From Candidatus Saccharimonadales bacterium (GTDB taxonomy: Bacteria > Patescibacteriota > Saccharimonadia > Saccharimonadales > Saccharimonadaceae): 64,000 bases of DNA. Location: NCBI GenBank assembly GCA_049295575.1, contig JBAQQX010000003.1, positions 35,519-99,518 on the forward strand, written 5' to 3'. The translations under genes were made by a program, and so were the position numbers. The notes beneath the pieces are model-generated. The model searched no databases. It was not told where the DNA came from and saw nothing but the letters and a program-made list of their open reading frames with translations. Shown here piece after piece: positions 48,875 to 59,408 of the stretch (the first letter of the stretch is position 1; each line of letters starts with the position of its first letter).

Positions 48875-49654
48875 CTATGCGGCGAAGAAATGGCGCGTCA
48901 AAACGACCCATTGGTCGAGCGACAGCGCTTCGGCGCGAAGATCGGAGCTGATGCCGGCTTTTTGCAACAAAGCCTCGGCATCCTGCTTTGAGATAGCAAG
49001 GCCGCCACTCAGGCTGGAGCGAAGTTGCTTGCGCTTAGCCGAGAAACCAGCTTTCACCATACGGAAAAAATCTTTTTCAGATACATCAGTCAGGAATGGT
49101 TCGGCACGCGTTTTAAGAATCACTACTTGGCTATCTACCTTCGGTGGAGGTGTAAATAGGGCTGCGGGGACAACATCACCAACAGTTACATCAGCAAAAA
49201 GCTGGGCGCTGACAGCAAGAATGCTCATATCACCAGGCTTAGCCGCCAGACGTTCGGCAACTTCTTTTTGAATGAGCAGTACCGCGATAGACGGTTTGTT
49301 CTCGGCAGTCATAAGGAGCTGAACGATCTTGCTCGTAATATAATACGGAACATTCGCAACAACCTTGTAGTCCTTTGGCATGACAGAAAGATCAAATGCG
49401 AGAATGTCACTTTGGACAACCTCTAGGTTCTTACCAGGAAACTGAGCCGGTAGCTTACGTGCCAATTCACCGTCAAACTCAACGGCAAGGACTTTCTCGC
49501 TGCGACGAAGTAGTTCGCTAGTAAGCGTTCCAAGGCCAGGACCAATCTCGAGCACCGTGTCGGTTGGCTCAAGCTCGGCACAGTCGGCAATATGCGACAG
49601 GACGTCGCGATCACGAAGCCAGTGCTGTCCGAGGGATTTATTAGGAGCAGCCAA
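48875..49654 (-). CDS. rsmA: 16S rRNA (adenine1518/1519-N6)-dimethyltransferase
   Basis: LGQHWL start, SAM motif LEIGPGLG, NVPYYITS. Confidence 0.93.
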   Translation of the reverse strand: MAAPNKSLGQHWLRDRDVLSHIADCAELEPTDTVLEIGPGLGTLTSELLRRSEKVLAVEFDGELARKLPAQFPGKNLEVVQSDILAFDLSVMPKDYKVVANVPYYITSKIVQLLMTAENKPSIAVLLIQKEVAERLAAKPGDMSILAVSAQLFADVTVGDVVPAALFTPPPKVDSQVVILKTRAEPFLTDVSEKDFFRMVKAGFSAKRKQLRSSLSGGLAISKQDAEALLQKAGISSDLRAEALSLDQWVVLTRHFFAA

Positions 49655-50842
49655 CTACTGACACTCCCATGGACCATAGCCAACTTCGGCCATCATTGCA
49701 GTCGTAACCTTCACCTGTGCCGCAGCATCAAAAATTGATGCACCCGGTGCGCCATATTTCGTAGCACGTGCAGGCCAATATCCGGAATGGTGCTGGAAGA
49801 GCCCCTGATAGATACCATTTGTCGCATTCGGGTTAAAAGTACTTTCGCACTTCGCAATACGCGCAACCTTATTTGCGTCGAGTCCATGCTGAGCGGAGTA
49901 CGTATTGATCATCGCAATTATTTCCGCTGGTCCCGCCACTGGCGGTTGCTTATCTCCAATGACTTCAACCTGCTTCTGTGGCTGAGCTGTTGTGACGCTT
50001 TGGATTTCTTTACGGCTGAGTTCTTGGCCGTTCTTCATTTCAACTTCGTAGGTCACGGTTCGTTTGCCAAGTACACCAGGAGTTTGAACTTTCTTGTAGC
50101 CAACTGGCTGGTCAGCGTCTTTAATCTGTTCAGTTTCAAATTTCACCTCTTCATCTTGAGTCATCGTCTGGACGCCATTACGCCAGAGCTCAATCGCCAT
50201 ACCTGCAGTGATTGGCGTACTTTGTGCTACGGATAGGATGTCATTTGCGGCAAGCGTAATGCCCTTCTCCTTTAGCATGTCACCAACGGTCGCACCCTGA
50301 GTACGAGCGTCGATCTTCTTGCCATAGAGCGTGAAGGCGAACTGAGTAGCGCGGTCAATGGTCATACGAAGTCCAGCACCTTCACTGATAATGTCATCTG
50401 TTGGATTGATTGATGTCGTGTCTTCGTCGTAGAGAGTAATGTCGGCATGCTTCGCAATTTGAGCCGGTGTCTGATACGGCGTCATAACGACGCGGCTCGA
50501 GGTGCCGTCGACTACGATCACTGGGCGTGAACGATAGATATTTACCTGATAATCAGTCGCTACAAGCGGCTCACTGGCAGCCGGTTCAATCGAATCGGTT
50601 GCGTCAAACGGGATACCTGCTTCTTTAAGGGCGCCACCGACAGTATTTGCCTGCGACAAGAATACTTTTTCAGTTCCGCGGTCATGAACGGTAATAAGGC
50701 GACCATTTGGTGCTGGCGTCGCTGTCTCCTGGGCATTTGCAACCCGGGCAATAGCAATAACAGCGGTCATGATAGCTAGAAAAACGCCAGCAATAATAAA
50801 GGCGCGCATTGGTGTGTTGGATGTACGGATAATAGATCTCAT
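49655..50842 (-). CDS. RpfB-like muralytic protein: DUF348 repeats, G5 domain, C-terminal Rpf-type transglycosylase-like domain
   Basis: TM anchor, ubiquitin-like DUF348 segments (TVGGALKEAGI), G5 (GVLGKRTVTYEV...NG) and a C-terminal CES...NG.YQGLFQ....W....WECQ. Confidence 0.75.
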   Translation of the reverse strand: MRSIIRTSNTPMRAFIIAGVFLAIMTAVIAIARVANAQETATPAPNGRLITVHDRGTEKVFLSQANTVGGALKEAGIPFDATDSIEPAASEPLVATDYQVNIYRSRPVIVVDGTSSRVVMTPYQTPAQIAKHADITLYDEDTTSINPTDDIISEGAGLRMTIDRATQFAFTLYGKKIDARTQGATVGDMLKEKGITLAANDILSVAQSTPITAGMAIELWRNGVQTMTQDEEVKFETEQIKDADQPVGYKKVQTPGVLGKRTVTYEVEMKNGQELSRKEIQSVTTAQPQKQVEVIGDKQPPVAGPAEIIAMINTYSAQHGLDANKVARIAKCESTFNPNATNGIYQGLFQHHSGYWPARATKYGAPGASIFDAAAQVKVTTAMMAEVGYGPWECQ

Positions 50843-50895
50843 GCGTATAACAACACCTCAAGTGTGTTCCTTCTAGTATACCAAATGGATGCCAC

Positions 50896-53010
50896 TTAGC
50901 CTATTTTCTCAAGCCGCGCATACTCGGCATTTAGCTTCTTACTCGTACCACTGTCGAACAAGATCGTCACGGCCAATCCCTCGATGTCACTTACTTCACC
51001 GCTACCAAAAGCAGCAGAGCGAACGCGATCGCCAATCTCAAATGGCAGCTCGTCGCTAAAGTATTCCTGATCCATGTCGCGTGTTACTTTTGGCTCTGTA
51101 CTCGTTAGCATTGCGCTATCACCCATATCAGCCAAGAATCGCGACGGTGGATTGTAGCCGCGCTGGCCAAACTGAAGGCGGCTCTGTGCATAGCTAAGGT
51201 GAAGTTCTTCTCGGGCCCTGGTCATACCGACGTAGCAGAGACGACGCTCCTCTTCGAGTTCACTCGGCCCCGCCTCGTATACCCTGGCATGAGGGAAGAT
51301 ACCCTCTTCCATGCCAACCATAAAGACGACGGGGAACTCAAGCCCCTTGGCGGCGTGCAACGTCATCAGCGTCACCTTCTCTTCAGCTTCAGCTGTATCG
51401 GCGCTCGACATCAGCGCAACTTCCTCAAGGAACTCAGGCAGGCCGGCGAAGCTCTTTGCATCTGATACAAGTGAGCCAATATTGGCTTCACGCTCTTCAG
51501 CCTGCGGCGTGCCATCCTGAAGATAGGTTCGGTAGCTCGTGGTCGCCAGGATCTTTTCAATAATGTCACTCGGATTGCCATCTTCAACGAGAGCTTGAAC
51601 GGCGCGTAACTTCGTACCTAGGAGCGCCAGGGCTGAGCGAGCTCGTGTCGTCACCGTCGTTGCTTGATCGACATTCGTCAGAGCAGTGATAATATCCATA
51701 TCACTCCCCGCCTGCCAGATAAGAAACTTCTCAAGGCTGGTCGCACCGATACCGCGCGTCGGTACGTTAACGATACGGCTAAAGCTCATGCGATCATTTG
51801 GCTGATACATCAGGCGCAAGTACGCAATAATATCTTTGATTTCCTTGCGATCGTAAAAGCGTACGCCACCCACAATCTGGTATGGCACGCGCTGCTGCAA
51901 GAAGGCGCGCTCTAATGTGTAACTCTGGGCGTTGGCACGGTAGAGTACGGCAAAGTCGCCATATTTACGAGCGCCCATGGCAGCGTGCGAGGAGATCCGG
52001 CTTGCCACCAGGTTCGCCTCTTCGGCTTCATCATACACGCCGTGAACTTGCACGGGCGCACCCTTGCCTTCGGCAGTCCATAGTTTTTTATCGGTTCGTT
52101 GGGTATTTTTAGTAATGACATTATTAGCCGCTTCCAGGATATGACCCGTACTGCGATAGTTCTGTTCGAGCTTAATCACCTTCGCACCCTTAAAGTCACG
52201 TTCGAAATTAAGAATGTTCGTAAAGTCTGCCCCGCGCCAGCTATAGATCGACTGCCAGTCATCACCAACGACGCAGATATTTCGCGTCTGATTCACCAGG
52301 TGTTTAATGATGTGGTACTGGGCGGCGTTGGTGTCCTGATACTCGTCAATCAGAATATGTTTAAACTGAGTCTGCCATTTTGTACGTACTGCCGGTACTT
52401 GTTTAAAGAGTCGGACGGTTTCAAGCAGAAGATCGTCAAAGTCGAGTGCTCCGGCTGCTCGGCGCATATTTTCATAGGCAGCATAGATTTTAGCGATATT
52501 TTTCTGATACGGGAACTGAGCGGTAGCTTCAAATTCAGCAGGTCCAACCATTTCGTTTTTTGCACCTGAAATCGCCGCACTGACGCTTCTTGCTTTAATT
52601 TCCTTATCGCCGATCGACAGCTGCTTCATGGCCTGCTTGATCAGCCCTTGGCGATCGTCTTCGTCATAGATAACAAAGTTCTTCGCAATCTTAATCGCCT
52701 CACCTTCAGTACGAAGCATACGCACACAGATACCGTGAAATGTCCCCATCCAGGGCATGAAGCCACGACTCGCACCATTTTGGCCGAGTAATGTACCGAG
52801 CCGTTCACGCATTTCACGCGCCGCTTTATTCGTAAACGTTACGGCGAGAATTTCATTTGGCCATACGCCCTCATTGGCAATCAGGTGTGCGATTCGATGG
52901 GTCAGTGTTTTCGTTTTACCGCTGCCGGCTCCTGCCAAAATAAGCAGCGGCCCAGACGTCGTCTGCACCGCATCTGCCTGTGCCTCATTAAGCCCCTCAA
53001 GTAAATCCAT
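50896..53010 (-). CDS. pcrA: ATP-dependent DNA helicase PcrA/UvrD (SF1A)
   Basis: Motifs AGAGSGKT, DEYQDTN, YRS, TLHAAKGLEF and VGMTRA. Confidence 0.95.
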   Translation of the reverse strand: MDLLEGLNEAQADAVQTTSGPLLILAGAGSGKTKTLTHRIAHLIANEGVWPNEILAVTFTNKAAREMRERLGTLLGQNGASRGFMPWMGTFHGICVRMLRTEGEAIKIAKNFVIYDEDDRQGLIKQAMKQLSIGDKEIKARSVSAAISGAKNEMVGPAEFEATAQFPYQKNIAKIYAAYENMRRAAGALDFDDLLLETVRLFKQVPAVRTKWQTQFKHILIDEYQDTNAAQYHIIKHLVNQTRNICVVGDDWQSIYSWRGADFTNILNFERDFKGAKVIKLEQNYRSTGHILEAANNVITKNTQRTDKKLWTAEGKGAPVQVHGVYDEAEEANLVASRISSHAAMGARKYGDFAVLYRANAQSYTLERAFLQQRVPYQIVGGVRFYDRKEIKDIIAYLRLMYQPNDRMSFSRIVNVPTRGIGATSLEKFLIWQAGSDMDIITALTNVDQATTVTTRARSALALLGTKLRAVQALVEDGNPSDIIEKILATTSYRTYLQDGTPQAEEREANIGSLVSDAKSFAGLPEFLEEVALMSSADTAEAEEKVTLMTLHAAKGLEFPVVFMVGMEEGIFPHARVYEAGPSELEEERRLCYVGMTRAREELHLSYAQSRLQFGQRGYNPPSRFLADMGDSAMLTSTEPKVTRDMDQEYFSDELPFEIGDRVRSAAFGSGEVSDIEGLAVTILFDSGTSKKLNAEYARLEKIG

Positions 53011-53018
53011 TACTCTTT

Positions 53019-53024
53019 ATTATA
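53019..53024 (-). promoter_or_regulatory. -10 box for pcrA (leaderless-type spacing)
   Basis: TATAAT on the minus strand, 8 nt before ATG 53010. Confidence 0.45.
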
Positions 53025-53049
53025 CCTGGTTTTGACTCGTTCGTTGAGA

Positions 53050-54276
53050 CTAAATGATCTTAAAGTAGTACAGAGCTGCCGCACCGCCGGCGCCAAGCGC
53101 GAGCAAGAGGACAATCCATACAACCCAGAGCCAACCAGACTTTTTCTTTACTGGGTGCACGAGTGGCTGATGGTAACTATCCGTATCGTAAATAGCCGCA
53201 TGCTCTTCTTTCGTGCTGCTTGGTTCTTCTTTATACTGTGGCTGAATTGAAGCAGGACCAGCCGGTGCCACTGGAGCTGGCGTTACCACTGGAGCGGTAA
53301 ATACTGGTGATACGGGAGCTGGTGTCGCCTGCGGCACAGACGTTACATCAGGAGCGTTGATCGGTTCTTGAGAAACGCTATTATCTGATTCGATTTTAAT
53401 GAGATCGTGCTGTAGCTCATCAGGAAGATCGGCTGCAGTTTGGCTCAAGGTATCGATAGGATCAGCTGCGAGTTGTTCATCGGCTGACGCATCAGTCATC
53501 CCATCGGTTGGTTGACTCTCATCAATAAGAGAGGGCTGGTCGACCGCAAAGGCGCCAAGTGGGCGCTTCTCTACTTTTGTATCAGACAAGAATGGTGTCT
53601 GCAGCGGCGCGGGCTCCTCGTCGGCAACAGGTGGTTCGTCGCGCGTCGTATCACTGTCACTAGGCGTAAATACTGACACTGGCTCAGTAGTCGGAGCTTC
53701 GATACTATCCACTGGCGCTACTGGAGAATCAGGAGTACTCGTTGGCGCATTAGCGGCTGCCATATCAATTGGATCAGGCCATGAACTATTAGTTGTCGGC
53801 TCGACTGAATCAATAGGCTGGGACTGTTCATACGTCTCGGGTACTGCAGCTGGCGTCTCGATGACAGGCTCGGACTGGTAGCTCGGCTGCGTGGTCTCGA
53901 CAGCACCTGGCCGTGGACCGACTGGATTTAGCTGAAGCCCCTCTCGCGATACAGTTGGGCGAGTAGCAACTTTCATATCAGACGACGGGTGAACAACGTC
54001 CATGAAACGACCACTACTGCGACGAGCGGCAAGTGGATTGGCCGTTCTATCAGGTGTAGTTGCAGCCGCCTCAGTTGCCTCGATTGCACTGCCGGCTTTT
54101 GCAGCAGCTTGCTCAAGGGCTGAAAATGATGGATGTTCACTATCTGATAATGTCGGGGTAATCGTAAGGGTCTTCTCGGCCTGCTTATCATCTTGTGGTG
54201 CCGGCGATTTTGGAATGCCGGTCATCAATGAATTTACTGCCTGATCAAGTTCGTCGAAATCTAATTCTTTCATCAT
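53050..54276 (-). CDS. Low-complexity Pro/Thr/Ala/Asp-rich protein with a single C-terminal TM helix (tail-anchored, 408 aa)
   Basis: Long ORF with a biased, acidic, probably disordered body. C-terminal WLWVVWIVLLLALGAGGAAALYYF. Confidence 0.5.
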   Translation of the reverse strand: MMKELDFDELDQAVNSLMTGIPKSPAPQDDKQAEKTLTITPTLSDSEHPSFSALEQAAAKAGSAIEATEAAATTPDRTANPLAARRSSGRFMDVVHPSSDMKVATRPTVSREGLQLNPVGPRPGAVETTQPSYQSEPVIETPAAVPETYEQSQPIDSVEPTTNSSWPDPIDMAAANAPTSTPDSPVAPVDSIEAPTTEPVSVFTPSDSDTTRDEPPVADEEPAPLQTPFLSDTKVEKRPLGAFAVDQPSLIDESQPTDGMTDASADEQLAADPIDTLSQTAADLPDELQHDLIKIESDNSVSQEPINAPDVTSVPQATPAPVSPVFTAPVVTPAPVAPAGPASIQPQYKEEPSSTKEEHAAIYDTDSYHQPLVHPVKKKSGWLWVVWIVLLLALGAGGAAALYYFKII

Positions 54277-54281
54277 CCCAC

Positions 54282-55067
54282 CTATGCGTTCGTTGCGACC
54301 GCTGCACCCTTATGCGCTTTTTTAATAATGTCCGTAAATGCATGCGCATCGAGGCTTGCGCCACCGATCAACAATCCATCAACCTCTTCAAGTGCCAAAT
54401 AGTCAGCCGCACTACTAGCCGTCACGCTACCGCCATACAGCACGGTGATATCTTCGGCTGCCTGCTTGCCATACAGATGTTTAATCTGGCCACGGATTGC
54501 TTTAATAGCAGTCGTCACATCAGATGGCAAAGCGTTATTGCCCGTACCAATTGCCCAGACAGGCTCGTAGGCAATGATAACCTCCTTGAGCTCGTCACTA
54601 GTGACATTGGCAAGTCCGCCGATCAGCTGGTCATGCAAAACATCGTTCGTTTCACCGTAGGTGCGCTCAGCTGTCGTCTCGCCAACACAAAGAATCGGGC
54701 GAATGTTATTGCGGATTGAAGCCTGAACCTTATTGCGAACATCCTTATCAGTCTCGCCAAAGACATGGCGCCGTTCAGAGTGACCAATAATAGCGTAATC
54801 GACGATACCGCGCAGTTGCGTGGCCGAAACTTCACCAGTGAAGGCCCCATGATCACGCCAGTACAGATTCTGAGCGGCAAGTTTAAACTGGCGCCTGTTA
54901 ATCTGCAGACTCAGTGACTGAAGAGTAAAGATCGTTGGTGCAAGCACTACATCAACGTCACGGTGGACTTTAACGAGCTCGGACAGCTGATGCAAATACA
55001 AGCTTGCCTCGTGCATATTGAGGTTCATTTTCCAGTTACCAACGATGAGAGTGTGTTTAGCTACCAT
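54282..55067 (-). CDS. tpiA: Triose-phosphate isomerase
   Basis: GNWKMN, IGHSERR, YEPVWAIGTG. Confidence 0.95.
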   Translation of the reverse strand: MVAKHTLIVGNWKMNLNMHEASLYLHQLSELVKVHRDVDVVLAPTIFTLQSLSLQINRRQFKLAAQNLYWRDHGAFTGEVSATQLRGIVDYAIIGHSERRHVFGETDKDVRNKVQASIRNNIRPILCVGETTAERTYGETNDVLHDQLIGGLANVTSDELKEVIIAYEPVWAIGTGNNALPSDVTTAIKAIRGQIKHLYGKQAAEDITVLYGGSVTASSAADYLALEEVDGLLIGGASLDAHAFTDIIKKAHKGAAVATNA

Positions 55068-55092
55068 AATACTTACGTTTAGTGTATCCTAA

Positions 55093-56319
55093 TTATTTCC
55101 GACCGTCTAGCAGACTTTCGACACCCGGTAATTTCTCACCCGCCATCAGCTCCAACCCGGCGCCACCACCCGTAGATACGTGGGTGAAACTTTGCCCGTC
55201 ATGGCCGTCCCACTTGAGCACAAATTCAGCCGTATCGCCCCCACCAATAATCGAGGTAATCCCCGGATGAGTAGCAAGCTCCATCGCAATACGAGCCGAT
55301 CCATGAGCAAACGCTGGCAACGTCGAATAGCCGACAGGACCGTTCCAAATCACCGTGCCAGCGCCCGCTATTACCTGGCAGTAACGCTCAATCGTCTGAT
55401 CGCCAATATCAAGAGCGAGCTCATCGTCGGCAATATCACTAACGGACACTACGCGGCGATCCTGCTTTCCGGTGAGATCTGGTGCAACGGCGACATCGGC
55501 TGGTAGCATAATAAATTCTTCAAGCTGGTCAGCGCCAACCTTATCGGCCGCTGCCTTATAGATAGCCTGAATGACCGAGGATTGATCAGGTTCGACTTTA
55601 CTCTTGCCCATCTTAATGCCCTTGTTAGCCAGGAAGGTATTGGCCATCGCCCCGCCAATCAGGACAGTATCGGCTACGCTAATAAATCGTTCGATAATTT
55701 CAATTTTATCACTCACCTTCGCCCCGCCCATAACCGCAACAAGCGGGCGCTTCGGCTCGCTCATGGCATGGGTGATAATGTCATACTCGCGTTCGAGCAG
55801 AAGCCCGGCAACGCCCGGAATATAGAGAGTGATCGCATGGGTACTCGCATGAGCACGGTGCACGACACCGAAGCCGTCTTGCACAAAATAGCGAGCGGCC
55901 GTAGCCTTGGCGATTTTTTTGGCAAACTCATGATCGTCCGCTTCTTCTTCCTTGTAAAAACGAAGGTTCTCGAGCAAAACCACGCTACCGCGCGGCGCCC
56001 GTTTGACGACCTGGTGTACTCGGTCGCCAATACAGTCATCGATAAAATGGACGGGGCGCTGAAGGAGTTGCGCCAGTCGCTCGCCAACTACCTCAAGACT
56101 GAGCGTCTTGTCGCGACCCTCGGGTCGACCAAGGTGACTCATGACAACCACCTTGCAGCCCCGATCAAGTAGGTACTGCAGCGTTGGAATACTCGCCCTA
56201 ATACGAAGATCGTCAGCAATCTGACCGTCTGTCGTTAGCGGCACGTTGTAGTCAGCCCGCACGAGCACGGTTGTGTGCTCGAGCGGTACGTCACGAATTG
56301 TCTGTTTTGAAAATGTCAC
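55093..56319 (-). CDS. pgk: Phosphoglycerate kinase
   Basis: VRADYNVP, HLGRP and GGGDT motifs. GTG start with SD AAGGGTGG. Confidence 0.95.
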   Translation of the reverse strand: MTFSKQTIRDVPLEHTTVLVRADYNVPLTTDGQIADDLRIRASIPTLQYLLDRGCKVVVMSHLGRPEGRDKTLSLEVVGERLAQLLQRPVHFIDDCIGDRVHQVVKRAPRGSVVLLENLRFYKEEEADDHEFAKKIAKATAARYFVQDGFGVVHRAHASTHAITLYIPGVAGLLLEREYDIITHAMSEPKRPLVAVMGGAKVSDKIEIIERFISVADTVLIGGAMANTFLANKGIKMGKSKVEPDQSSVIQAIYKAAADKVGADQLEEFIMLPADVAVAPDLTGKQDRRVVSVSDIADDELALDIGDQTIERYCQVIAGAGTVIWNGPVGYSTLPAFAHGSARIAMELATHPGITSIIGGGDTAEFVLKWDGHDGQSFTHVSTGGGAGLELMAGEKLPGVESLLDGRK

Positions 56320-56348
56320 GAGGGCCCACCCTTTTAGTTATTCTGGTT

Positions 56349-57767
56349 CTATTCTAGCACGCGCACTTTAATTGTGTCGGTCGCACCGATGAGTCCAGGC
56401 TGGCGTCCGCTAACGATCGCAACGGTTGCTGTTGCCTGGTCGCCAAAGAAGCCTTCGTCTTTTAGCTCACGAGCAATATCAAGACCAGCACGTTCGCCGT
56501 CCGGGCGAACAAAGCTGCGGTTGGCGTAGTTAAGCGCGAGCTGCTGGGCAGCGCGATCACTACTGGTCACGCTAATAATTGGAAGGTTGGGGCGGTGACC
56601 GGCAATATTAGCCGCAGTTGAGCCAGATTTTGTCTCGGCGACAATGGCATCAACTTTTAGCTGAACAGCAAGACTGACGGCAGCGGCGCTAATTGCGTCC
56701 TGCTGAGCATTCTTACTGTGAATTTCATCGTGGATCGGGGCAACTGAAGCGTTATCTTGTGTAAACAAGATGACTTTCTTCATAGCTGCAACGGTCTCAA
56801 GTGGGTACTGACCGTTAGCTGTCTCATCTGAGAGCATTACGGTGTCGGCGCCCTGGATAACAGCGTTAGCAACGTCGCTCACTTCAGCACGGGTTGGTTC
56901 AGGGTTATCTACCATGCTTGCCATCATCTGAGTCGCAACGATGCTGAGCTTACCGTGCTTACGGCAAAGCGCAATAATACGGCGCTGTACGATTGGCACT
57001 ACTTCAGCACCAGCCTCAACCGCAAGGTCACCACGAGCCACCATGACACCGTCGCTCGCTTTAACGATTGCTTCAAGCGCATCAGGCTTAATTGCAGCCT
57101 TCGTCTCGATCTTTGAGATAATCTGCGCATCAGAACCAAGACTAACAAGGATTTGGCGAAGGTTGTTGATGTCATCAGCGCTCTGTACGAAGCTAAGAGC
57201 AACGTAGTCGATGTCTTTTGTTGCACCATACTCAACATCTTTGATGTCTTTTGGTGTCAGAATATCACCACCGAAGTCAGTATCAGGAAGGTTAATACCC
57301 TTCTTGCTCATAAGCGTACCGTCATTTTCAACGCGGAGCTTAATCGCTGTTGCTGATGGAATTTCAACTACAGTCGTACGGATCTTACCGTCAAAGATGT
57401 AGATTGGCTCGCCAACCTTTACCTTCTCAGCTAGATTGTACTGAACTGGAAATACCATACCGTTATGTTCAGCGGCGTGGTCAAGAATGATTTCATCGCC
57501 TTTTTTAACGCTGACATTTTCGTTGAGCATTCCAAGACGAATCTTTGGACCTTGAAGATCCTGAAGGATTGCGACTGGCTTGCCGATCTTTGCAGATGCT
57601 TGGCGAATCCATGTAATCTGATCGTCACGCTCACTGTAGTCACCATGACTAAAGTTAAGACGGAACCCATTAACGCCAGCAAGCGCTAGCTGTTCGATTG
57701 TTTCAGGGTTGCTTGTTGGAGGCCCAAGCGTAGCCAATATTTTTGTACGTTTAAAAATAACACTCAT
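56349..57767 (-). CDS. pyk: Pyruvate kinase
   Basis: KILATLGP, NFSHG, MVARGDL. ATG 57767 is preferred (TGGTACAAT 7 nt upstream); the track ORF starts at TTG 57791. Confidence 0.93.
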   Translation of the reverse strand: MSVIFKRTKILATLGPPTSNPETIEQLALAGVNGFRLNFSHGDYSERDDQITWIRQASAKIGKPVAILQDLQGPKIRLGMLNENVSVKKGDEIILDHAAEHNGMVFPVQYNLAEKVKVGEPIYIFDGKIRTTVVEIPSATAIKLRVENDGTLMSKKGINLPDTDFGGDILTPKDIKDVEYGATKDIDYVALSFVQSADDINNLRQILVSLGSDAQIISKIETKAAIKPDALEAIVKASDGVMVARGDLAVEAGAEVVPIVQRRIIALCRKHGKLSIVATQMMASMVDNPEPTRAEVSDVANAVIQGADTVMLSDETANGQYPLETVAAMKKVILFTQDNASVAPIHDEIHSKNAQQDAISAAAVSLAVQLKVDAIVAETKSGSTAANIAGHRPNLPIISVTSSDRAAQQLALNYANRSFVRPDGERAGLDIARELKDEGFFGDQATATVAIVSGRQPGLIGATDTIKVRVLE

Positions 57768-57774
57768 GAATTCA

Positions 57775-57783
57775 ATTGTACCA
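57775..57783 (-). promoter_or_regulatory. Extended -10 box for the pyk-pgk-tpiA operon (leaderless-type spacing)
   Basis: TGGTACAAT on the minus strand, 7 nt before ATG 57767. Confidence 0.5.
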
Positions 57784-57820
57784 CTCCTCAACTACTGATT
57801 AGAAAAAAGGAGAGTAATCG

Positions 57821-58306
57821 TTACCAGCCCGTTGCTCCACTCGACCAGTACCCCCAGGCGCCGGCTGCATTGGCAGGAGGACGCGCTGGATCAGCAAGGC
57901 TATTGTTTGTTCGCTGGATAGTCGGTAGGCCCGAGGCTGGCGAGAATCGAATCAGCTTATAGTCAGTACCATTTGATGTATATAGATAACTATTATTCGC
58001 GCTTGGATCACTTGGCATTTGAGGAATAGAGGCAGCGAATGTCGGCACGATACCAGGTATGAAGTTAGCCGCCTGACTCCAGCCTACCCATGAGCCACTA
58101 CCACCCGTACTTGGATACTGGCTATTGGCCGCATAGTACAGCTGAATCATTTTATTAATGGCATTCATATCTGCCTGCTCGCGGCTGAACTTTGACCGTT
58201 CCTGGATGCCGTTATATGCAACGATAGTGATGGCGGCAAGGATACCGATAATAACAATCACGATCAGCAGTTCAACGATCGTAAATCCTTTTTTATTACT
58301 CTTCAT
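57821..58306 (-). CDS. Type IV pilin-like protein
   Basis: MKSNKKGFTIVELLIVIVIIGILAAITIVAYNGIQ. Start trimmed to ATG 58306. Confidence 0.85.
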   Translation of the reverse strand: MKSNKKGFTIVELLIVIVIIGILAAITIVAYNGIQERSKFSREQADMNAINKMIQLYYAANSQYPSTGGSGSWVGWSQAANFIPGIVPTFAASIPQMPSDPSANNSYLYTSNGTDYKLIRFSPASGLPTIQRTNNSLADPARPPANAAGAWGYWSSGATGW

Positions 58307-58326
58307 AAATAAGCTCTTTCTATTTA

Positions 58327-58902
58327 TCATACTGATACCCAGCATGACGTAATACCACCCCCGGATGAAGTCCATGGATTGGGTGAGGTAATAAATGCGT
58401 TTTCTTCTCCTGGTAGCGGTGCCGAGTCACCGATAACGACGTTCGACAGCTGACATGTCTGGCTATCCCCCTTGAGCCAGTACATGATGAGGCCCGGGAT
58501 CGCTTCGTGATTATAGGTTCGCGGAGAATAACCATCAAAGTAGATGCCATATTTATTACTGGCCGTCGCTGGCACACTCGTTGCTGGCGTGCCTATCTTA
58601 CGAAGTTCACTCAACCATGAAGTATTGTTCGAACTTACAGCAGTCGAGTTATAGTTCACGCAGGAGTTATCAACCGTCAAGCAGTAGCCCCCTAGACTTG
58701 GATACGAGCCATACGTTGCCTTGTAAGATTTGATTAGGTTAAACGTATTTCGCGCACCAGCCACAACCGCGCTGTTATTCGCCCGCTGCTGGATACCGTT
58801 ATATGCGACGACAGTAATCGCCGCAAGGATGCCGATAACGACAATGACAATAAGAAGCTCGACGATCGTGAAACCGCCCTGTCTTTTTCGAACTACATTC
58901 AT
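58327..58902 (-). CDS. Type IV pilin-like protein
   Basis: RKRQGGFTIVELLIVIVVIGILAAITVVAYNGIQ. Confidence 0.85.
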   Translation of the reverse strand: MNVVRKRQGGFTIVELLIVIVVIGILAAITVVAYNGIQQRANNSAVVAGARNTFNLIKSYKATYGSYPSLGGYCLTVDNSCVNYNSTAVSSNNTSWLSELRKIGTPATSVPATASNKYGIYFDGYSPRTYNHEAIPGLIMYWLKGDSQTCQLSNVVIGDSAPLPGEENAFITSPNPWTSSGGGITSCWVSV

Positions 58903-58908
58903 AGCCTG

Positions 58909-58917
58909 ATTTTACCA
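58909..58917 (-). promoter_or_regulatory. Extended -10 box for the pilin pair (leaderless-type spacing)
   Basis: TGGTAAAAT on the minus strand, 6 nt before ATG 58902. Confidence 0.5.
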
Positions 58918-59374
58918 TAAGCGGTACCACCTACCATGCCCCTAGGCACCTTACATATCCTACAAGCACATACCAACATCCTATCTGTCTACTTACCGCG
59001 ATATCTTTATTTGATCTGCACTCACTATCTTTATATTTATTAAGGTTCTTGTAGTGATGTTTCCTTTTAGTTTATTAAAGTTGATAACTTACGTATTACC
59101 ACTGGCTTCTATACATCCTTTTTATTTCCATCTTCTTCCGCCCATTCCTTCACTCTCTATATATTCATATATAAAGAGAGAGTAAATTAGGTAAATTAAC
59201 AGATACAATAGAGTAGATTTTACCTGCAGCGGGGTGCAGGTAAAATAACGGTTATCTGTATGCCGCTATTGAGCAGATGAAGAGAATAAATGAGCTTCAA
59301 TAACGGGCAGTTACATGATCATTTTTATTACTGCGCTCAGTAACGTCACTGTTCGGAGAATATATTTTTACATA

Positions 59375-59401
59375 GAAAAAACGCCACTCCAAGGTGACGT
59401 T
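59375..59401 (-). terminator. Rho-independent terminator after tRNA-Glu
   Basis: Minus strand AACGUCAC-cuugga-GUGGCGUU (one G.U pair), followed by UUUUCU. Confidence 0.6.
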
Positions 59402-59408
59402 CTTTCTA

